DNA from: Chloroflexota bacterium
GTDB lineage: Bacteria; Chloroflexota; Limnocylindria; Limnocylindrales; CSP1-4
Length of the DNA: 46,201 nt
Assembly: GCA_034666725.1 (NCBI GenBank)
Contig: JAXDLE010000169.1
Coordinates: 1-46,201, forward strand
Direction of reading: 5' to 3'
Shown here piece by piece: positions 27,402 through 38,825 of the stretch (positions are counted from its first letter, which is position 1; every line of letters begins with the position of its first letter). The notes under the pieces are model-generated. The model saw nothing but the letters and a program-made list of their open reading frames with translations, did not search any database and was not told the DNA's origin. The position numbers and the translations under genes were made by a program.

Positions 27402-28663
27402 CGCCGGCTACCGGGAAAGCGTCGCGGCAGGTGGCTCTTCCAGCCCACGGGTAGGAGCGAGTCGAGTGTGTCGTCGACCGTGACGATGCCCTCCAGCCGG
27501 CCATGCTCATCGACTACCGGCACTGCCAGCAGGTTGTAGCGCGCCACCAGGTTGGCCACCTCGCGCTGGTGATCGAACACGCCCACTGCTACCGGCTCGT
27601 CGATCATCACCTCGCCGATGGTGGCGTCTGCCTTGGCAACGATGAGGTCGCGCAGCGAAAGTACGCCGACCAGCCTGCCGTCGTCATCGACCACGTACAC
27701 GTAGTAGATCGTCTCGGCCGAAGGCTCGAGCGCGCGCAGCTGGTCGATCGTCTGGCCTGCTGTGAGCGTGGCCGGCACCGCAATGAACTCGGTGGTCATG
27801 ATGCCGCCGGCGGTCTCCTCGGGGTAGCCCAGCAGCTCCTTGACCTCGTCCGCCTCGGTCTTCTCCATCAGCGCCAGGATCTCGGCGCGTGTCTCGTCGG
27901 AGAGGTCGGCCACCAGGTCGGCGGCGTCATCGGGGCTCATCTCCTCGAGGATGTCCGCGGCTCGGTCGGGCTGGAGCTCCTCCAGGACGTCGACCTGTGA
28001 CTCCGGTTCGAGCTCCTCCATCGCGTCGGCAACAGCCTCGTCATCGAGCGATGCCAGCAATCCGGCGCGGTCACGCGGCGTGAGCTGATCGATGATCGTC
28101 GCAAGGTCGGCCGGGTGCAGCTCGGCCAGGCCCGCGTGGGGCACGCGCAGCTTGACCGCGGCAATCGTGCTTTCGAGCGGATCGACGTCTTCCCAGTCGA
28201 TGTAGCGCTCGCCGATCGGCCGGCCCAGGCCGCCGAAGATCGCCCGATAGGGCCGCTCGATGCCGAGACGCCGCAGCAACCCTGCCGCACCTACGTCGAC
28301 GGCCACCAACCGCAAGGAGCCCTCGACCACGTCCAGGCTCACGTCGTTGACGCGCACGACGCGCCGGCCGTCGATGTCGACGATCTGCTTGTCGAGCAGG
28401 TCGAGCTTCAGCAGGATCTCGTTCGGCCGCTGGCTGAACTTGGTGATGTCGAGCTGGGGAGTGCTCAACGTGGCGCCGCTGATGTCGACCGACGCGACCG
28501 ACGACCACGGCAGAAAGATCTGGCGCCGGTCGGTGTTGATCACGAGCCCGGTCACCGGCGGGTAGCGCTCACCGACGGCGACGATCAGGTCGGCGACCTT
28601 CCCGATCGACTCGCCGTTCTGGTCGCGAACGGGTTGGCCGATGACCTGGGTGAGGTGGATCAC
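27398..28663 (-). CDS. PRC-barrel + MgtE N-terminal + CBS-pair protein (no TM domain)
   Basis: LLDKQIVDIDGRRVVRVND, LHPADLA, MSPDDAADL, YPEETAGGIMTTE, YNLLAVPVVD..GIVTVDD. Confidence 0.9.
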   Translation of the reverse strand: MIHLTQVIGQPVRDQNGESIGKVADLIVAVGERYPPVTGLVINTDRRQIFLPWSSVASVDISGATLSTPQLDITKFSQRPNEILLKLDLLDKQIVDIDGRRVVRVNDVSLDVVEGSLRLVAVDVGAAGLLRRLGIERPYRAIFGGLGRPIGERYIDWEDVDPLESTIAAVKLRVPHAGLAELHPADLATIIDQLTPRDRAGLLASLDDEAVADAMEELEPESQVDVLEELQPDRAADILEEMSPDDAADLVADLSDETRAEILALMEKTEADEVKELLGYPEETAGGIMTTEFIAVPATLTAGQTIDQLRALEPSAETIYYVYVVDDDGRLVGVLSLRDLIVAKADATIGEVMIDEPVAVGVFDHQREVANLVARYNLLAVPVVDEHGRLEGIVTVDDTLDSLLPVGWKSHLPRRFPGSRR

Positions 28664-28675
28664 TCGGCAGCGAGT

Positions 28676-29380
28676 TTAGTGCGCCAGGTCACGCGCAATT
28701 TCGGCGACATCGACCGTGCCCGCGAGATTCATTCCGCCGTCGCTGAACCACACGTCGGTCAGCCGCCAGGGATCCGAGGGCTCGGGCTGGAGCAGAACCT
28801 GCGCGCCGCCCACGCCGGGATCGATCAGCAGCGCGCCGCCGCGTACCAGGAGCCGCGCGTCAGCCTCGATGCCGTGCACCGTGACGCGCACCCCAGCCGC
28901 GCTGAGGGTGACCTTCTGCAGCGTCAGCCCGTTGTGTACGGCCGCGATCGTGAGCAGCCGCACCACCTCGTCCGCGGCGAAACGGGCGGTCATCGTGGCG
29001 GAGTTCGCGGTGCCCGAGACGGTGGCACTGGTGGCGCTGATGGTGTCATTGCCCATTTCCAGGCGTACGTCGGCGAGATCACCCGAGACGCTCTCGAAGC
29101 TGCGCTCGAGATAGGAGACGTTGCCCAGGCCCAGGTGCAACGAGCCAATCGTCGCCGGCGCCATGTCCAGGTTCGTCGCATCGATCGTGACCTGGCGCGA
29201 GCGGCCCAGGAACAGGCTCGGATCGAACAGCGCGACATTCACGTTGAGCGTGTCCGCGCGGACGCCCATGTCGCGCACAACGCCGGTCAGTAGCGGCCCC
29301 ACGAGCAGCGGCAGGCCTATCAGCACGAAGCTCGCGACGAGCAGCACGAACCACGCCAAGAAACGGAGGAAACCGGCCAC
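28676..29380 (-). CDS. LmeA/DUF2993-like membrane-anchored protein
   Basis: N-terminal TM, LFLGRSRQVTIDATNL, C-terminal LTDVWFSDGGMNLAG. Confidence 0.6.
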   Translation of the reverse strand: MAGFLRFLAWFVLLVASFVLIGLPLLVGPLLTGVVRDMGVRADTLNVNVALFDPSLFLGRSRQVTIDATNLDMAPATIGSLHLGLGNVSYLERSFESVSGDLADVRLEMGNDTISATSATVSGTANSATMTARFAADEVVRLLTIAAVHNGLTLQKVTLSAAGVRVTVHGIEADARLLVRGGALLIDPGVGGAQVLLQPEPSDPWRLTDVWFSDGGMNLAGTVDVAEIARDLAH

Positions 29381-29402
29381 GCCCGTATACTCGGACCTTC
29401 CA

Positions 29403-30887
29403 ATGATCAATGCCGAGACTGGTCCCAAGAAGGTCACGACCAGGCCGGCCGAGCGAAGCTCTGTCGTGCTCGAGGTCGAGTTTCCGGCCGCAGAGGTCCA
29501 GCGCTCGGTGGCCGAGTCCGTGCGCCATCTCGCGCTCAGCACGCGGGTGGCTGGTTTCAGGCCCGGGAAGGCGCCGCGCGCGCTGATCGAGCGCTCGCTC
29601 GGCATCAATCGCGCCGATCCAGCCGCGCCCGACCCGCTCTACGACGATGCCAAGGAGCATCTCTTCGAGACGTCCGTGCTCGAGGCCGCGCGCGAGCAGA
29701 ACCTGGACCTGTTGGCCGTGCCGGCGCCCGAGTGGCTGACCTTCAGCGAGGCCGGCGGCGCCAGCTATCGCGTCGTGCTGCCGATTCGCCCGGAGGTGAA
29801 GCTCGGGGCCTACGCCGACTACCCGTTCGGCATAACCATCGATGAGATCTCCGATGCCGACGTGGACAAGGTGATCGACCAGCTGCGCGACCAGCAGGCT
29901 TCGCTCGTGCCGGTCGAGGGCAGGCCTGCCGCGATCGAGGACTACGTCGTGATCAGGTTCACGGGGTCGCGCGATGGTGTCCCCATCGAGGGCGCCCAGG
30001 CCGAGCGCATGCCGCTGATCATCGGCCGCGAGCGCTTCGTGCCCGGGTTCGAGGACCAGATCGTCGGGCTCACCGAAGGGGAGAGCAAGTCTTTCTCGCT
30101 GACCTTCCCTGACGACTACCCCGAGGCCGAGCTGGCCGGCAAGCCGGTCGACTTCGAGGTGACATTGCTCGAGCTGCGGACCAAGCGGATGCCCGACGGC
30201 GATGATGACTTCGCGCGCTCACTCGGCGCGTACGCCGATCTCGCGGCGCTTCGCACCGAGATTCGCGCACGGCTGGAGCGCAACGCGCTCGATCGCGCGC
30301 GCCACGTCTTCTCCGATCGGATCATCGAGTTCGCGGTCGCCAATGCGACCCTCGAGGTCCCGGATCTGCTGATCGAGCGCGAGCTCGAGATCATGCTCGA
30401 TGAGCTGCGCGTCCGCCTCGCCGAGCAGGGCATCGCCTATGACGAGTACCTGCGCGCGACCGAGCGCGACGAGGCCAAGGTCCTGGACGAGTTCAAGCCG
30501 GACGCCGATCGGCGCGTGAAGACACTGCTCGTGCTCTCTGAGATCGCCCAGAAGGAAGACGTCGAGATCAGCGACGCCGAGCTGGACTCGGAAGTCGAGC
30601 GCTCGCGCGAGCGTTATTCGGGCAACCCCAAGCTCGTCGCCTACCTCGAATCGGCGCGCGGCAAGACCTACACGCGCTCGCTGCTGCGCCGCGCCAAGCT
30701 GGTCGAGACGCTCGTCGATCGTTGGATCGACCAACATCCCGAGTTCAAGAACGTGCAACATCTACATGACGGGCAAGACGCAGGCGAGCAATCGCCTCGC
30801 GATGGCTCGCCGGAGTCGCGCAGTAGTGACCAGCAGGCCCCTGCCGAGACAGAAGCCGTTAAAGACGCAGAAGAGGTTAGGTCCTGA
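29403..30887 (+). CDS. tig: Trigger factor
   Basis: GFRPGKAP ribosome-binding motif; FKBP domain [24 protein letters not shown]; upstream of clpP/clpX. Confidence 0.95.
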   Translation: MINAETGPKKVTTRPAERSSVVLEVEFPAAEVQRSVAESVRHLALSTRVAGFRPGKAPRALIERSLGINRADPAAPDPLYDDAKEHLFETSVLEAAREQNLDLLAVPAPEWLTFSEAGGASYRVVLPIRPEVKLGAYADYPFGITIDEISDADVDKVIDQLRDQQASLVPVEGRPAAIEDYVVIRFTGSRDGVPIEGAQAERMPLIIGRERFVPGFEDQIVGLTEGESKSFSLTFPDDYPEAELAGKPVDFEVTLLELRTKRMPDGDDDFARSLGAYADLAALRTEIRARLERNALDRARHVFSDRIIEFAVANATLEVPDLLIERELEIMLDELRVRLAEQGIAYDEYLRATERDEAKVLDEFKPDADRRVKTLLVLSEIAQKEDVEISDAELDSEVERSRERYSGNPKLVAYLESARGKTYTRSLLRRAKLVETLVDRWIDQHPEFKNVQHLHDGQDAGEQSPRDGSPESRSSDQQAPAETEAVKDAEEVRS

Positions 30888-31567
30888 TGCTCGTCCCGAT
30901 GGTCATCGAAACGTCCGCACGGGGTGAGCGCGCGTACGACATCTACAGCCGCCTGCTGCGCGACCGGATCATCTTCCTGGGCGACGTGATCGAAGACCAC
31001 ATGGCCAACCTGATCATCGCCCAGCTGCTGTTCCTCGAGGCTGAGGACCCGGACCGCGATATCAGCCTTTACATCAACTCGCCCGGCGGCGTCGTCACGG
31101 CGGGCCTGGCGATCTACGACACGATGCAGTACCTGCGCGCACCGGTCTCGACGATCTGCATCGGCATGGCCGCGTCGATGGCGAGCGTCCTGCTCGCGGC
31201 CGGCGCCCACGGCAAGCGCTACGCACTACCGAACAGCCGGATCATGATCCACCAGGGCTCGGGCGGCTTTCGTGGCAACACGCCTGACGTCTTCATCCAG
31301 GTCAAGGAGCTCGAGCGGCTTAACCAGATCAACCACGAAATTCTGGCCAAGCACACGGGTCAGCCCGTCGACAAGATCATCCGCGACACCGAGCGGGATT
31401 ACTTCATGGCCCCAACCGACGCCAAGGCTTATGGCATCATCGACGAGGTCTACACCGCGCCCGATCAGTCGCTGATCAGCGAAGCACGCCACAAGGGTCT
31501 CCTTGGCGGCGAGGGAGCTGCAGCGGCGGCGGATGAGGAGAGTGGGCCCAAGCCTGCCAAGGGATGA
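30887..31567 (+). CDS. clpP: ATP-dependent Clp protease proteolytic subunit
   Basis: [38 protein letters not shown]. Confidence 0.98.
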   Translation: MLVPMVIETSARGERAYDIYSRLLRDRIIFLGDVIEDHMANLIIAQLLFLEAEDPDRDISLYINSPGGVVTAGLAIYDTMQYLRAPVSTICIGMAASMASVLLAAGAHGKRYALPNSRIMIHQGSGGFRGNTPDVFIQVKELERLNQINHEILAKHTGQPVDKIIRDTERDYFMAPTDAKAYGIIDEVYTAPDQSLISEARHKGLLGGEGAAAAADEESGPKPAKG

Positions 31568-31601
31568 ACTGACGAGCGGTTGATCGGAGGCATCGGGCTA
31601 A

Positions 31602-32903
<1,302 letters not shown>

Positions 32904-33368
32904 GTGGCGGATCCCGTGATCGAGGCGACGCGCCTCGTCCTCGACGAGAGCCTGGGCGAGATCCGCAAGGGCGTTGCCGGTCTTTCGGTCGAACAGCTCA
33001 ATGCCCGCCCGGCCGGTGGGGACACGAACTCGGTCGCCGTCATCTGCGCCCACGCCCTGGGCTCGACGCGCTCGTGGCTGAGCCTCGCGTTCGGTCTAGC
33101 ACAGCCGCCGCGCGACCGCGACGCGGAGTTCAAAACCATTGCCGATGCCGGCTTCAAGGAATGGACCGATCAGGCGATCGCAGCCTGCTTCGCGCTGCTC
33201 GAGGGCGCCAGATGGGATCCGAACCTGACCGGCGTCCCCGCCTGGAACAACCGCCTGGGCGCACAGCCGCGGAGTGCGCCCTATTCGCTCGGCCACGCGC
33301 TGGCCCATTTGGGCGAGCACGTCGGCCATCTGCATATGACGCGCGAGCTACTCCGCCCCGCGTCGTGA
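32904..33368 (+). CDS. DinB/YfiT superfamily protein
   Basis: EQLNARP..NSVAVICAHA...HALAHLGEHVGHL. Confidence 0.8.
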   Translation: MADPVIEATRLVLDESLGEIRKGVAGLSVEQLNARPAGGDTNSVAVICAHALGSTRSWLSLAFGLAQPPRDRDAEFKTIADAGFKEWTDQAIAACFALLEGARWDPNLTGVPAWNNRLGAQPRSAPYSLGHALAHLGEHVGHLHMTRELLRPAS

Positions 33369-33372
33369 GAGC

Positions 33373-34293
33373 TTGAGCAACGGCCTCGGCGGGTTCGGCG
33401 GGCGGAACCTCGCCGCGCTCCTTGGACGAGTCGGCATCTGGAGCTTCGCGCTGCAACGCCTCGCGGCGCGCGACGAGATCGCCGCTGCGCGGCAATTCGA
33501 AACGTTGCGCTTCCCTGCTCTCTGGATCCCCGAGAGCCTCGGCAGCAAGGACGTCATGGCCCACGCCGCGTTGCTCCTCGCCGGCACCGAGGGCGTGCCG
33601 CTCGCGACGGGCATCGCCAACATCCATGCCCGCGATCCCATGGCGATGGCCAACGGTGCGCGCGCTCTGGGCGAGGCATATCCGGGTCGGTTTGTCCTCG
33701 GGATCGGCGTCTCGCACGCGCCGAGCGTCGAGATGCGCGGCGGTGACTACAAGAATCCGCTGGCCCAGCTGAAAGCCTATCTCGATGCCATGGATGCGGC
33801 GCAGTACGCCGCTCCCGCGCCCGACCCGCCGGTGCCGCTCGTCCTGGCCGCGCTCGGGCCGAAGATGCTCGAGCTTGCCGCGGCGCGCGCGGACGGGGCG
33901 CATCCCTATTTCGTACCCGTCGAGCACACGCCGATCGCGCGCCAGCAGCTCGGCCCCGACCCCTGTCTCGCGACCGAAGTCACGGCCGTCCTGACGACCG
34001 ACCGATCAACCGGCCTCGACATTGGCCGCAAGTTCGCCCACAACTACCTGGTGCTGCCGAACTACGCCAACAACCTCAAACGGCTTGGTTGGACTGATAC
34101 CGACATCGAGTCAGAGGCCGACAAGCTCATCGACGCGGTCGTCGTGATCGGCGACGTGGACGCGATCGTCAAACGCGTCAAAGACCACCTGGACGGCGGT
34201 GCCGATCACGTGTGCGTGCAGATCCGGGCTGAGAAGTCCACCGACCCGGCAATCGGTGCCTACCAGGAGCTGGCGGCCGCCTTCAATCTCTGA
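33373..34293 (+). CDS. LLM-class (probably F420-dependent) oxidoreductase
   Basis: LATGIANI, RFVLGIGVSH, AALGPKMLELA..ADGAHPY, LPNYANNL, GADHVCVQ. Confidence 0.88.
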   Translation: MSNGLGGFGGRNLAALLGRVGIWSFALQRLAARDEIAAARQFETLRFPALWIPESLGSKDVMAHAALLLAGTEGVPLATGIANIHARDPMAMANGARALGEAYPGRFVLGIGVSHAPSVEMRGGDYKNPLAQLKAYLDAMDAAQYAAPAPDPPVPLVLAALGPKMLELAAARADGAHPYFVPVEHTPIARQQLGPDPCLATEVTAVLTTDRSTGLDIGRKFAHNYLVLPNYANNLKRLGWTDTDIESEADKLIDAVVVIGDVDAIVKRVKDHLDGGADHVCVQIRAEKSTDPAIGAYQELAAAFNL

Positions 34294-34311
34294 GGTCGCG
34301 GCCGCAACAAG

Positions 34312-35082
34312 CTACTGCGGCGGTGTGTTGGCGTCGACGAAGTCGAGGACGCGCTTCCAGGCGTCGGCCGAGTCCGCCGCGTACTCATCCGCCTTGCGAT
34401 CGAAGAACGAGTGCGGCGCATCGGGGTAGGTGATCACCTGGTGGGGCGCGCCGGCACCTGCCAGGGCGCCGCGATACGACTCGACGACCTCCGCGGGTAG
34501 TCCCTGGTCGGCACCGCCGAAGAGGGCCAGGATGGGTGCGCCGCCGGCAGAAACGCGGTCGATCGGGGCCGGAACGCCACCGCGCGCCTCGCCCGTGGGC
34601 CAGCCATAGAAGCCAACCACGCCGGCCATGGCCAGCTCCTCCTCAGAGGCAAGGAGAAGCGACAGCCGGCCGCCGAAACAGAAGCCGACGCTGAACACGC
34701 CACGCACGCCCGGCCAGCCCTCGATCTCGTGCCGCGCGGCAATGATGTCGGCGCGCAAGCCCGGCCACGTCACCTGGGAGATGTGCGGGTTGTGATCGAA
34801 GCCTACCGGCCGCGGCGCAGCGCCGGCCGTGCGGCCGAAGTAGTCGATCGCCAGGGCAGCTACACCCGCCTCGGCAAATCGCAGAGCGAGCTCCTCGTAG
34901 AACGTGAAGAGGCCGCGCACGTCAGGCAGGATGAGCATGGCGGCCCCGGTGGGCTGAGCCGGCTGAGCGGCGAACGCGCCGAAGTCGGTCCCATCGGCCG
35001 AGTGGAGGGTGATCCGCTTGCCGTCCACGGCGGCGCCGGCAATCGGTGGGATCGGTGGGTGGCTGTCCTCGTCGAAGCACAT
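34312..35082 (-). CDS. Dienelactone hydrolase family protein
   Basis: GFCFGG nucleophile, GGAD, YPDAPHSFF. Confidence 0.92.
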   Translation of the reverse strand: MCFDEDSHPPIPPIAGAAVDGKRITLHSADGTDFGAFAAQPAQPTGAAMLILPDVRGLFTFYEELALRFAEAGVAALAIDYFGRTAGAAPRPVGFDHNPHISQVTWPGLRADIIAARHEIEGWPGVRGVFSVGFCFGGRLSLLLASEEELAMAGVVGFYGWPTGEARGGVPAPIDRVSAGGAPILALFGGADQGLPAEVVESYRGALAGAGAPHQVITYPDAPHSFFDRKADEYAADSADAWKRVLDFVDANTPPQ

Positions 35083-35113
35083 GACCGGGATGTTAATCTG
35101 GCGGCTCGTTCCA

Positions 35114-35344
35114 GTGACCGGAAGGAGTAGCGCCGCTCCGGCCCGAACAGAGAATCCGGCAGATGGCTGAGAGCCGGACCAGGCACGGTGGCGCGAACGT
35201 CATCCACGAGGAGCGCGGGCTGCGCCCGATAGCGCGCACAGAGGGTGCCGAAAAAGCGGCCGCGGGATGACCGCGGTACGGCCGGCACCGAACCAGCAGG
35301 TGGTACCACGACCCCGTTCGTCCGCTGGACGATCGGGGCGTTTT
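35114..35344 (+). ncRNA. T-box riboswitch leader of valS (Val specifier GUC)
   Basis: Stem I motifs AGGAGTAG, AGAGA, GCTGAGAG; GAAC-GTC specifier at 35199-35201; T-box GGTGGTACCAC at 35299-35309; terminator hairpin plus TTTT. Confidence 0.92.
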
Positions 35345-35359
35345 GATGTTGGAGACAAG

Positions 35360-38083
35360 TTGGCGCTCGCAAAGCCTCAGACGACCGATATGGCGCCGGC
35401 CTACCAGCCGGGTGACGTCGAGCCGGCGATCTATGACCGCTGGCTGGATGCGGACGTCTTCCGGCCGGAGGGCGCGGGCAGCAGGGCCGACTGGTCCAAG
35501 CCGCCCTTCGTGATCAACCAGCCGCCGCCCAACATCACCGGCTCGCTCCACACGGGTCACGCGCTCGGCACAACGATCCAGGACCTGATGGTGCGTCGCG
35601 CGCGCATGCAGCGCCAGCCGACGCTGTGGGTGCCCGGCGTCGATCACGCGTCGATCTCGGCGCAGGTCGTGCTCGACAAGATCATCGCCAAGGATGGCGA
35701 GACGCGGAACTCACTCGGCCGCGAGCGATATCTCGAGCGCATGTGGGCGTTCATCAACGAGACGCGCGAGATCATCGGCAACCAGCACAAGCGCCTGGGC
35801 GCGTCAGTCGACTGGAATCGGCTGCGCTTCACGATGGACGAGGGCTCGGCGCGGGCCGTACGTGTTGCCTTCAAGAAGCTCTACGACGACGGCCTCGCGT
35901 ATCGGGGCGAGAAGCTCATCAACTGGTGCCCGCGCGACCTGACCAGCGTGTCCGACCTCGAGGTGATCGCGACTCCGACGAAGGGCACTCTCTGGAGCGT
36001 CCGCTACCACCTCATCGATGAGTCGGGTCACTCACTGCCTGACGAGACCATCACCGTCGCGACGACTCGTCCGGAGACGATCCTCGGCGACACGGCCGTG
36101 GCCGTGCACCCGGGCGATGCGCGGTACACGAAGCTGGTTGGTCGGAGCGTGCTCATCCCGTTCGTGGATCGGGTCGTGCCGATCATCGCCGACGATGTCG
36201 TGCGCCAGGACTTCGGCACCGGCGCGGTGAAGATCACGCCTGCCCACGATCAGGACGACTTCGAAACCGGCACGCGCCACGCCCTGCCGGTCATCGACGT
36301 CATGACCGATGACGGCCGCATCAACGAGAACGGCGCCTCCTTTGCAGGGCTGACGCTCGCCGACGCGCGAACGCGCATCCTCGACGAGCTGCGCGAGCGC
36401 GGCGATCTCGCGGGCGAGCAGCCGCACGACATGGTCCTGGGCCGCTGCGAGCGCAGCAACGATGTCATCGAGCCACGCCTCAAGACGCAGTGGTTCGTGC
36501 GCACGCGACCCATGGCGGACAAGGCAATGGCCGCGGTAAACGAGGGCCGCACAACGTTCGTCCAGGCACATCACCGCAAGGTGTTCTTCGACTGGATGGA
36601 GAACATCCACGACTGGAACGTCAGCCGTCAGCTCTGGTGGGGCCATCGGATTCCCGCGTGGTATTGCCCCGACGGCCACATCACGGTGTCAGATGCGGCG
36701 GCCGGTCCAGCCGCGTGCGATGTCTGCGGGCGGGCCGCAGGGGAGCTTCGCCAGGAAGATGACATCTTCGACACGTGGTTCTCGAGCGGCCTTTGGCCAT
36801 GGTCGACGCTGGGCTGGCCCGAACAAACACCCGACCTTGAGAAGTTCTACCCGACCACCGTGATGGAGACGGGCTACGACATCCTCTTCTTCTGGGTCGC
36901 GCGGATGATGATGCTCGGCGAATGGCTGACCGGTCGCGAGCCCTTCAGGTTCGTTTACCTTCATGGCATCGTTCGCGATCCGCTCGGTCAGAAGATGTCC
37001 AAGTCGAAGGGCAACGTGCTCGACCCACTGGGCGTGATCAACGAGCTCGGCGCCGACGCGCTGCGCTTCGCGTTGCTGCACGGACCGGAGCCGAGCCAGG
37101 ACCAGAAGATGTCGCGGCCGCGGCTCGAGGACGCGCGCAACTTTGCCAACAAGATCTGGAACGCGGCGCGCTTCGTGTTGAGCGTCCGGCCGCAGGAGAT
37201 GTTCGCTGACTTCGAGCTTGGCTTGATCGACGACGACCAGCTGGGTCCGGCCGAGCATTGGATCCTGCGGCGCTGCGAGGTCACCCTGGCCAGCGTGGAC
37301 GCCGCGTACGCGAACTTCGAGTTCGGCGAGGTCGCCCAGCTGCTGTACGACGCGATCTGGAACGACTTCTGCGATTGGTATGTCGAACTGGCCAAGATCG
37401 GCCTGGCCGACCACTCGGCTTCGGCTGGCCGCAAACGAGCGATCTGGTCGACGCTGACCTGGGTGCTCGACCGCTACCTGCGCCTGTTGCACCCATTGAT
37501 GCCGATGCTCACCGAGGAGATCTGGGGCAAGCTGCCCCACCGCTCAACCGATCCCGAGCTGCTCATCGTCGCGGACTGGCCGCTCGCTGCTGACACCGGC
37601 CTCGCGGCCGATGCGCAAAGAGCCACCGGTGCCAGTGCCTTGATTGAGCTGGTCAGCGCAATACGCACGGCGCGCGCGGAATCGGGCATCGAGGCGGCCG
37701 AGATCCTGCCCGCGCAGGTATGGCTGAGCGACGGGCCGGCGCGCGCCGCATACGAGGAGATGGCCGCGCACGTGGCGCGCCTGGCGCGCGTCACGCCAAC
37801 ACTGGTTAATGACCGCGCCGCTCTCGCGGATGGTCTCGCTGTGGTGACGGCGGTCGCCGAAGCGCGGCTCTCGCAGTCAGCCGAGCAGCGCGATCGCGAA
37901 CGTGTCCGTCTCGACAAGGAATTGAGCAGCCTTGAGACTCAGCTCAGTGCCACCAATGCGCGTCTGGCCGACGCCAACTTCACCGCTCGAGCCCCCGCGG
38001 ACGTCGTGAATCAGGCTCGTCGCCGTGCGGTCGAACTTGAAGGCCAGGTACAGGCGCTCATAGGTCGCCGCCGGGAGGTCTGA
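35360..38083 (+). CDS. valS: Valine--tRNA ligase
   Basis: PPPNITGSLHTGH, TTRPETILGD, SRQLWWGHRIP, KMSKS, C-terminal coiled coil; start TTG 35360 or ATG 35390. Confidence 0.98.
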   Translation: MALAKPQTTDMAPAYQPGDVEPAIYDRWLDADVFRPEGAGSRADWSKPPFVINQPPPNITGSLHTGHALGTTIQDLMVRRARMQRQPTLWVPGVDHASISAQVVLDKIIAKDGETRNSLGRERYLERMWAFINETREIIGNQHKRLGASVDWNRLRFTMDEGSARAVRVAFKKLYDDGLAYRGEKLINWCPRDLTSVSDLEVIATPTKGTLWSVRYHLIDESGHSLPDETITVATTRPETILGDTAVAVHPGDARYTKLVGRSVLIPFVDRVVPIIADDVVRQDFGTGAVKITPAHDQDDFETGTRHALPVIDVMTDDGRINENGASFAGLTLADARTRILDELRERGDLAGEQPHDMVLGRCERSNDVIEPRLKTQWFVRTRPMADKAMAAVNEGRTTFVQAHHRKVFFDWMENIHDWNVSRQLWWGHRIPAWYCPDGHITVSDAAAGPAACDVCGRAAGELRQEDDIFDTWFSSGLWPWSTLGWPEQTPDLEKFYPTTVMETGYDILFFWVARMMMLGEWLTGREPFRFVYLHGIVRDPLGQKMSKSKGNVLDPLGVINELGADALRFALLHGPEPSQDQKMSRPRLEDARNFANKIWNAARFVLSVRPQEMFADFELGLIDDDQLGPAEHWILRRCEVTLASVDAAYANFEFGEVAQLLYDAIWNDFCDWYVELAKIGLADHSASAGRKRAIWSTLTWVLDRYLRLLHPLMPMLTEEIWGKLPHRSTDPELLIVADWPLAADTGLAADAQRATGASALIELVSAIRTARAESGIEAAEILPAQVWLSDGPARAAYEEMAAHVARLARVTPTLVNDRAALADGLAVVTAVAEARLSQSAEQRDRERVRLDKELSSLETQLSATNARLADANFTARAPADVVNQARRRAVELEGQVQALIGRRREV

Positions 38084-38088
38084 TCAGA

Positions 38089-38823
38089 ATGCCGTTGCCT
38101 TTCTTTGGTCGCTCAAAAAAACGCGTTCGCCCGGCGCCGCAGCGCGTCCGCATCCCGCCCGACCAGATCGACTTCACCACTCTGTCGATCAAATATCAGT
38201 ACTACTCGATGAGCAGCCACGGCGTGCGCACGCCGGGCACCCATGATGTGGCGCAGCGGCTGCCCGCTCTGCTAACCGGCTTCGCGACGTCGCCGGTCGA
38301 ACTCATCGAGCCCCTGCCTATCGACTTCGAGGACGCCGCGCCGTCGCTCGTCCGGCCAGAAGCAGCGCTGCAATGGATCAACGCCCACCATGGCCGGTCT
38401 CCGCTCGGCCGCCAGGCGCTGTTCGTGTTCGAGTCGCTCGACGTGGTCGATCTGGCCTACGAGACCTTCGCGCTGGCGCTGCTCCATGGCGATCTCGACG
38501 GCGAGGGCTTCCCCCGTTTTGACGCGATCTTCGGCGGCCCTATCAGCTACTGGGACGAGTCGAAAGGCGACCTCGTCGTTCGCTTTCTGCTGGGTTGGGG
38601 CGGCGAGGGCATTCGCGGTGACACCCAGCGCATTGCCCAGAGGCTGCTGGCGCGGCTGATGGGCAATCTGCTCGCGAGTCACGATGCAACCGAGCTCGGC
38701 TCGGTCGCCAAGCCAGTGGCGGTTGCCGACGCGCGTCACGAGCCCTGCTCGCACTGCGGCTTTCCTGCGATCGATAAGCGCTCGCAGTACTGCCCCAAGT
38801 GCGGCATGCGTCCGCGCGCCTAG
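38089..38823 (+). CDS. Hypothetical protein with C-terminal zinc ribbon
   Basis: CSHCG...YCPKCG; 5 nt downstream of valS. Confidence 0.75.
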   Translation: MPLPFFGRSKKRVRPAPQRVRIPPDQIDFTTLSIKYQYYSMSSHGVRTPGTHDVAQRLPALLTGFATSPVELIEPLPIDFEDAAPSLVRPEAALQWINAHHGRSPLGRQALFVFESLDVVDLAYETFALALLHGDLDGEGFPRFDAIFGGPISYWDESKGDLVVRFLLGWGGEGIRGDTQRIAQRLLARLMGNLLASHDATELGSVAKPVAVADARHEPCSHCGFPAIDKRSQYCPKCGMRPRA

Positions 38824-38825
38824 CC

